This document shows positions 58,665 through 64,000 of a stretch of DNA of 64,000 bases, in pieces. The stretch is from Longimicrobiales bacterium. GTDB lineage: Bacteria > Gemmatimonadota > Gemmatimonadetes > Longimicrobiales > Gaopeijiaceae. Location of the stretch: NCBI GenBank assembly GCA_965226375.1, contig CBDDCX010000008.1:576001-640000 (forward strand), read 5' to 3'. The notes under the pieces were generated by a model that had not been told where the DNA came from, did not search any database, and worked only from the letters and a program-made list of their open reading frames with translations. A program made the translations under genes and the position numbers. How positions within the stretch are numbered: the first letter of the stretch is position 1; each line of letters starts with the position of its first letter.

Positions 58665-60319
58665 GCGTCGACACGCAGGGCAGGGTGCTCGTCTCCACAC
58701 ACGACCTGCAACGGGCCGGAGCGCTACGGACGGCCCTGAAGAGCGCCGGATACACCGTGGATCTGGTCACTCCGGGCGAAGACGTGAGCGGTGACACACC
58801 TATCCAGCTGCTGGTGATCACGGCCGAGGCGAGCTCTGAGTCGGCCCACGACCTGCGTAACCAGGCGCGTGTCCTGTACCAGGCACCCGCCTTCGCCATC
58901 GCCGACGATCCGGAGTCGCTGCAACACCTCGCGCTCGAGTACACCGAGGTCTTCACGTCGGGTATACGTCCCGACGACGTGGTGGTCGTGGCACGCGCGT
59001 TGATCGAGCGCCGGCATCTGCAGGCCATGGCGGGCATCGTAGGTGAGACGGACGCTATAAAGGAGGCCTTGGAGCGAGTCGTTCAGTTCGCACCCGTGAC
59101 GGCCACCGTGCTCATCACGGGGGAGTCTGGAACGGGCAAGGAGCTCGTGGCCCGAGGCATTCATCACCTCTCGTCCAGAAGGCACAAGCCGTTCATTGCC
59201 GTCAACGTGGCAGCCCTCTCCCAGACACTGCTGGAGAGCGAGCTTTTCGGGCACGAGAAGGGTGCGTTCACCGGCGCCATCGACTCCAGACGGGGTCTGT
59301 TCGAATTGGCGGATAAAGGTACGATCTTCCTGGACGAGATCGGCGAGATGCCCATGACCACGCAGACCAAGCTGCTACGCGTGCTCGAGCAGCGGGAGTT
59401 CCACCGAGTCGGTGGGGAAGCCCTGGTCCATGTGGACGTCCGTATCGTCACCGCCACCAACCAGGACTTGAAGCAGCTGGTGAGCGTGGGCCATTTCCGA
59501 AAGGACCTCTACTACCGGCTGAACGTGCTCCACATCGAGCTGCCGCCGCTGCGCCGCCGTAGGGAGGATATCCCGCTGCTGGTGGAGGCATTCATCAAAG
59601 ACGCGAGCGCCCGTCACGACCGGACGTTCGAGGGCATTTCGGCGGAGGCCATGCAGATCCTCCAGAAGCACCATTGGCCCGGCAACGTCAGGGAACTCCA
59701 CAATCTCGTGGAGAGCATGGTGGTTTTGGCTCCGGGTCGTGAGGTGCTGCCCGAGGATATTCCCAAGGACGTCCGCGGGTTGGAACAAGGTGTGGGTGCA
59801 CTGGTCCCGGTGGGGCTTGGAAGCCACCAGCCCGGCGAGGCCCTCACCGGGCCGGGAATTCGACCCGAGTTGGAGTTCATCTTCCGGACCCTGGTGGACC
59901 TCCGGATGGACGTGGACGACCTGCGGCAGGATTTCGACGTCTATCGGGACCGGGGTGCCGAGCTGCCGCCGGCTATCGGAGCGTACAGTGTGGGCCGGGA
60001 GGCCTCTCCGGCAGGTACCGACAAGGTCGAGATCGGCGTGCGACCCCGAGAGGTGTCCGTCCAAGACGCGTGGACCGTCGAGGGAGACGAGTCGGCACGA
60101 ATTGCCGAGGTGTCCTATGGGGGCGAGCCGATCGAGGTGGAGCCGCCCGGTACGGTCGTCTACCGTTCCGGGCTGACCATGGAGGACCTGGAGCGCGAGG
60201 CCATCTCCGCGGCGCTGGAAGAAGTGCGGGGGAACCGGCGGAAGGCGGCGCAGCAGCTCGCGATCGGTGAGCGGACGCTCTACCGCAAGATCAGGAAGTT
60301 CGGCCTCGAGGACCTCTAG
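58661..60319 (+). CDS. Sigma54-dependent transcriptional activator with degenerate receiver-like N-terminus
   Basis: [38 protein letters not shown], Fis HTH (GERTLYRK). Confidence 0.9.
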   Translation: MSVDTQGRVLVSTHDLQRAGALRTALKSAGYTVDLVTPGEDVSGDTPIQLLVITAEASSESAHDLRNQARVLYQAPAFAIADDPESLQHLALEYTEVFTSGIRPDDVVVVARALIERRHLQAMAGIVGETDAIKEALERVVQFAPVTATVLITGESGTGKELVARGIHHLSSRRHKPFIAVNVAALSQTLLESELFGHEKGAFTGAIDSRRGLFELADKGTIFLDEIGEMPMTTQTKLLRVLEQREFHRVGGEALVHVDVRIVTATNQDLKQLVSVGHFRKDLYYRLNVLHIELPPLRRRREDIPLLVEAFIKDASARHDRTFEGISAEAMQILQKHHWPGNVRELHNLVESMVVLAPGREVLPEDIPKDVRGLEQGVGALVPVGLGSHQPGEALTGPGIRPELEFIFRTLVDLRMDVDDLRQDFDVYRDRGAELPPAIGAYSVGREASPAGTDKVEIGVRPREVSVQDAWTVEGDESARIAEVSYGGEPIEVEPPGTVVYRSGLTMEDLEREAISAALEEVRGNRRKAAQQLAIGERTLYRKIRKFGLEDL

Positions 60320-60942
60320 AAGAGGGGCCCTCCCGTGCGGCCCCGAACCCGCGAGCGCTCGAGTTCGAGTCGCGTCAAGATACCCGTCCACGCCTGGTTG
60401 CTGGCACCCTCGTACTCCACCGAAAGGTTGATCTCCAGATCTATGCCCGCATCGAAGGCGTAGACCGCGATCTGGGTCTCTTGTTGCTGAAGCCGTTGAC
60501 CGCCCCAGCCGGGAGTGATGGCGTGGATGGCTTCGGGCCGGTGGCGAAGGCCGCGGTTCACGATGTGCACGCTCCCCGGCTCGTATCGTGTCGTCGGGTC
60601 GAGGCTGAAGAACGAAACCAAGAAGAGCGACGGCTCGGCGCCGGTCTGTGACCGGAGTGCCGCGCGGCTGGACTTGGCCAGGCCGGCGAGTCTCTCGTAG
60701 GTGTCCGGAGCGGCCAGGCGAATCACGGACTCCGCGAGGGGAGTGACCTTCACCTGCAGCGGTCCACTCTCGAGCGTGAGGGTGAACTCGTCTTGGATCA
60801 GGGTTCCGTATCCGGCGGGCACGAGCACGCGCTCACCTGCGGGGCCCGAGGGCTGTCCGGCGGTCGCCGACGTGCCCATTCCCCCACACCCCCACACGGC
60901 GGTCAGGATCAGCATCATCATGCAGTGGGAACGCTTGATCAT
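60316..60942 (-). CDS. Hypothetical lipoprotein
   Basis: Lipobox VWGC after a hydrophobic stretch; start overlaps the engB stop. Confidence 0.7.
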   Translation of the reverse strand: MIKRSHCMMMLILTAVWGCGGMGTSATAGQPSGPAGERVLVPAGYGTLIQDEFTLTLESGPLQVKVTPLAESVIRLAAPDTYERLAGLAKSSRAALRSQTGAEPSLFLVSFFSLDPTTRYEPGSVHIVNRGLRHRPEAIHAITPGWGGQRLQQQETQIAVYAFDAGIDLEINLSVEYEGASNQAWTGILTRLELERSRVRGRTGGPLF

Positions 60943-61553
60943 GCGGCCGTACCCTCGGGTCTCTCGGGTCCCACCAGGCCCTCCAAGGCCATCAGGAGGT
61001 CCTCGCGGCCTTCCTTCGTCTTTGCGGAGAAGGGGAGCAGCTGCTCCTCATCGAGGCCCAGGTGCTCCACGGCCGTAGCGATGGTCTGTTTGCGCTGTGC
61101 CTTCTTCAGTTTGTCCATCTTGGTCAGTACCACCAACGTGGGCAGCTTCCGTTCGGCCAGATAGGCGACCATCTGCCGATCCGTGGCCGTGGGGTCGTGA
61201 CGTGCGTCCACTAGGTGTACGACGCCCCGCAGCATCCGTTCCCCTTCGAGGTATTGCTCGATCAGGGTTCTCCACGAAGCCCGTACCTTTGCCGAGACCT
61301 TGGCATATCCGAATCCTGGAAGGTCGACCAGGAAAAAGTGATCGTTGACCCGATAGAAATTCAGCGACTGGGTTTTTCCGGGTTCCCCCGATACGCGGGC
61401 CAGCTTCTTGCGCGTTCGCTTGAGGAGGACGTTGATGAGCGACGACTTGCCGACGTTCGACCGTCCGGAAAAGGCCACCTGAGGGAGGTCCTCCGGGACC
61501 GGTTCGCCCGGTACGTACAGGCTGGCGGCGAACTCCACGGTCCTGACCTTCAT
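60939..61553 (-). CDS. engB: GTP-binding protein YihA/EngB
   Basis: GRSNVGKSS, PGKT, DLPGFGY, TKMDK, FSA. Confidence 0.95.
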   Translation of the reverse strand: MKVRTVEFAASLYVPGEPVPEDLPQVAFSGRSNVGKSSLINVLLKRTRKKLARVSGEPGKTQSLNFYRVNDHFFLVDLPGFGYAKVSAKVRASWRTLIEQYLEGERMLRGVVHLVDARHDPTATDRQMVAYLAERKLPTLVVLTKMDKLKKAQRKQTIATAVEHLGLDEEQLLPFSAKTKEGREDLLMALEGLVGPERPEGTAA

Positions 61554-61554
61554 G

Positions 61555-63978
61555 CTACTGGGACAGTTGAGTGCCCAGCGCCGCTCCGCCCTCGAGGGCG
61601 CCTCTGCGCGGCTCGGGCTGCTCGGATAGGGCCTCGGTGAGTACCTCGTCCATCGTTCTTACCGGGACGAAACAGAGGCCCTTCACGACCTCCTCCGGCA
61701 AGAGCTCCAGCTCAGGCGCGTTCGCCACCGGTAGGAGTACCTTCTTCAGACCCTCCCGCAGGGCAGCCACCATCTTCTCCTTGACGCCCCCCACCGCAAG
61801 AACCCTCCCTCGCAGGGTGATCTCACCCGTCATTGCGACGTCGGAACGGGAGGGAATGCCGGTGAGCGCGGAGATGAGCGCGGTGGCGATGGTGATGCCG
61901 GCCGACGGACCATCCTTGGGTGTGGCGCCCTCGGGAATGTGGATGTGGATGTCCACATCCTTGTGGAACTGAGGGTCGAGCCCGAGCCGACTCGCCCTGG
62001 AGCGGGCGTAGGTGACGGCGGCAAAGGCGGATTCCCTCATGACGTCGCCCAGCGTTCCCGTGAGCTGCACCTGGCCGCTCCCGGGGATGACGGCGACCTC
62101 GACGTCGAGGACCACACCGCCGGCTTCGGTCCAGGCCAGCCCGTTGGCCATTCCGGAGCGCTCCCCTTCGTCCTCCGTGCTGCGACCCAGGTAACGAAGG
62201 GGCCCAAGGAGCGCCTTGAGGTCGTCGACGCCCACGGCCAGGGGTTCCCCGGCCGCCTGATCTCCCAGCTCCGCCTGCTTTCGGGCGATTTTGCGGGCGA
62301 CCCGAGAGATGCGACGATCCAGCTCCCGCACACCCGCCTCGCGCGTGTACCGGCGGATGATGCCCTTCGCGGCCTCCTCGGTGAGCGCCACCTCTCCGGG
62401 GTTCAGGCCGTGACGCTCCGCCTGCTGGGGCCACAGGAAGCGGAGACCGATGGCCAGCTTCTCCGTGTCCAGGTACCCGGGAAGCCGGATGATCTCCATA
62501 CGGTCACGGAGCGGGTCCGGGATCCCGGCCAGGGTGTTGGCCGTGGCCACGAAGAATACGTCGGAGAGGTCGTACTCCAGCTCGAGGTAGTGATCCGTGA
62601 AGTTTTTGTTCTGCTCCGGGTCGAGCACCTCTAGCAGCGCGGCACCGGGATCCCCATGGAAGTCACGGGCCAGCTTGTCGACCTCGTCCAGCAGGAAGAC
62701 CGGATTGACCGTCCCGCAGCGCCGCATGCCCTGAAGCACCCGACCGGGAAGCGCCCCGACATAGGTGCGCCTGTGGCCCCGGATCTCCGCCTCGTCGCGA
62801 ACTCCGCCAAGGCTCACCCGCACGAACTCCCGCCCGAGCGCGTCGGCCACGCTCTGCCCCAGCGATGTCTTGCCGACGCCGGGAGGGCCTACCAGGCACA
62901 GGATGGGACCCTTCAACTCGCCTACGAGGGACAGAACCGCGATGTGGTCCAGGATGCGCTCCTTGACCTCATCGAGCCCGTAGTGGGCTTGGTCCAGAAC
63001 CGTGGCCGCATGCTCGACGTCGAGATTGTCATCTCGCCGCTGAGTCCAAGGAAGGCCGACGATCCAGTCGAGATAGGTTCGGATCACGGCTGCTTCGGGA
63101 GTCACCGGGTTCAACTTCTCCAACCGGCCGAGCTCACGCTCCGCGCGTTCGAGGGCGTGCTGGGGAAGTGCCGTCGACACCACCTTGGCAGCCAGATCGG
63201 ACCATTCGTCGCTCGGATCGGCGCCCAACTCCGTGTGAATGGCTTTCAGCTGCTCCTGCAGATAGAGCTGACGGCGATCCGAGTCCATCTGCATCCGGAT
63301 CTGGGCGTCGAGCTTTTCCTCGATGCGCAGAATCTCGAGCTCACGGACCAGAATCTCCTTGAGCAGCCCGAAGTAGGCCGGAACAGCGGGCGCTTCCAGG
63401 AGCTCCTGCTTCTCATTGGGCAGAACGAGCAGGTGTCCCGACATCAGGTGCGCCATACGCAGTCGATCGCCCTCCAGCGAAACCGAACCCAGTAGCTCGT
63501 CCGGCACCTGATCGCAGAGACGCACGTACTCGCTGAAGAGCCTCACCACGCCCCGCGACAGGGCTTCATCCTCGGTGGACTCCTGAGAGCCGGCCTGCTC
63601 CTCGACAACAAAGGGTTCGACGGACGCCCGCATGCCCGCCTCGGACGGCAGGAAGCGGCGAACCCTGACCCGGCCCAGACCCTCGAGGACCACGCGCGCA
63701 TTCCCGTCCGGAATCCTGGAGACCTGAAGGATCTTGGCGACCGTGCCGATGCGGTGGATGTCGTCGCGGTCCGGGTCCTCGACTTGAACGTCTTTTTGGG
63801 CCAGGAGCAGGATGTACCCGTCGCCCTCTTCCGCAACCTCGAGGGCGGCCACCGACCGCGGACGGCCGATCAGGAGAGGCAGGACCATATAGGGGAAAAA
63901 AACCAGATCCCTGAGGGCAACCACGGGAAGTTGGTCAGGGATCTCGTAAGTCTGATCGACTCGGATCAGCGTGGCCAT
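61555..63978 (-). CDS. lon: Lon protease
   Basis: LON_N domain, GPPGVGKTS, RGHRRTYVGA, LDEVDK, PKDGPSAG, TGEITLRG..VGGVKEK. Confidence 0.97.
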   Translation of the reverse strand: MATLIRVDQTYEIPDQLPVVALRDLVFFPYMVLPLLIGRPRSVAALEVAEEGDGYILLLAQKDVQVEDPDRDDIHRIGTVAKILQVSRIPDGNARVVLEGLGRVRVRRFLPSEAGMRASVEPFVVEEQAGSQESTEDEALSRGVVRLFSEYVRLCDQVPDELLGSVSLEGDRLRMAHLMSGHLLVLPNEKQELLEAPAVPAYFGLLKEILVRELEILRIEEKLDAQIRMQMDSDRRQLYLQEQLKAIHTELGADPSDEWSDLAAKVVSTALPQHALERAERELGRLEKLNPVTPEAAVIRTYLDWIVGLPWTQRRDDNLDVEHAATVLDQAHYGLDEVKERILDHIAVLSLVGELKGPILCLVGPPGVGKTSLGQSVADALGREFVRVSLGGVRDEAEIRGHRRTYVGALPGRVLQGMRRCGTVNPVFLLDEVDKLARDFHGDPGAALLEVLDPEQNKNFTDHYLELEYDLSDVFFVATANTLAGIPDPLRDRMEIIRLPGYLDTEKLAIGLRFLWPQQAERHGLNPGEVALTEEAAKGIIRRYTREAGVRELDRRISRVARKIARKQAELGDQAAGEPLAVGVDDLKALLGPLRYLGRSTEDEGERSGMANGLAWTEAGGVVLDVEVAVIPGSGQVQLTGTLGDVMRESAFAAVTYARSRASRLGLDPQFHKDVDIHIHIPEGATPKDGPSAGITIATALISALTGIPSRSDVAMTGEITLRGRVLAVGGVKEKMVAALREGLKKVLLPVANAPELELLPEEVVKGLCFVPVRTMDEVLTEALSEQPEPRRGALEGGAALGTQLSQ

Positions 63979-64000
63979 TCGGCTCCCGGGCACTGCGTCG

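Overview
GC-rich bacterial chromosomal window, mostly housekeeping. The gene mix (SprA-like protein, carboxypeptidase-regulatory-domain proteins, LysM-DUF5715, PilSR with type IVa pilins) suggests Gemmatimonadota, but this is inference. Contents: peptidases; a methionine cluster (metH, yitJ-like, MTHFR-like) behind a SAM-II-like riboswitch with a terminator; a DapF with both catalytic Cys replaced by Ser; lptFG divergent from a 2017-aa SprA-like gene followed by comEA-pilB and a pilC fragment; dinB/sodA; a pilS-pilR-GT2-(TMTC-like)x2-pilin-pilin cluster; aroCK-topA-trmFO-xerC-hslVU; a small TA/Fic islet; gcvT, mog, a sigma54 activator, engB and lon. The best candidate for an undescribed system is the pilin cluster. 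There a polyprenol-phosphate-sugar synthase-like GT2 and two TMTC-type GT-C glycosyltransferase homologues sit between PilSR and two Ser/Thr-rich pilins, suggesting pilin O-glycosylation by TMTC-like enzymes. Several abrupt junctions (~4.1 kb, ~25.4 kb, ~54.2 kb) and two apparent 1-bp frameshifts (~7.5 kb, ~56.2 kb) indicate real deletions or assembly/consensus errors. No tRNA, rRNA, CRISPR array or transposase was recognised. All family calls are by motif recognition, not database searches.
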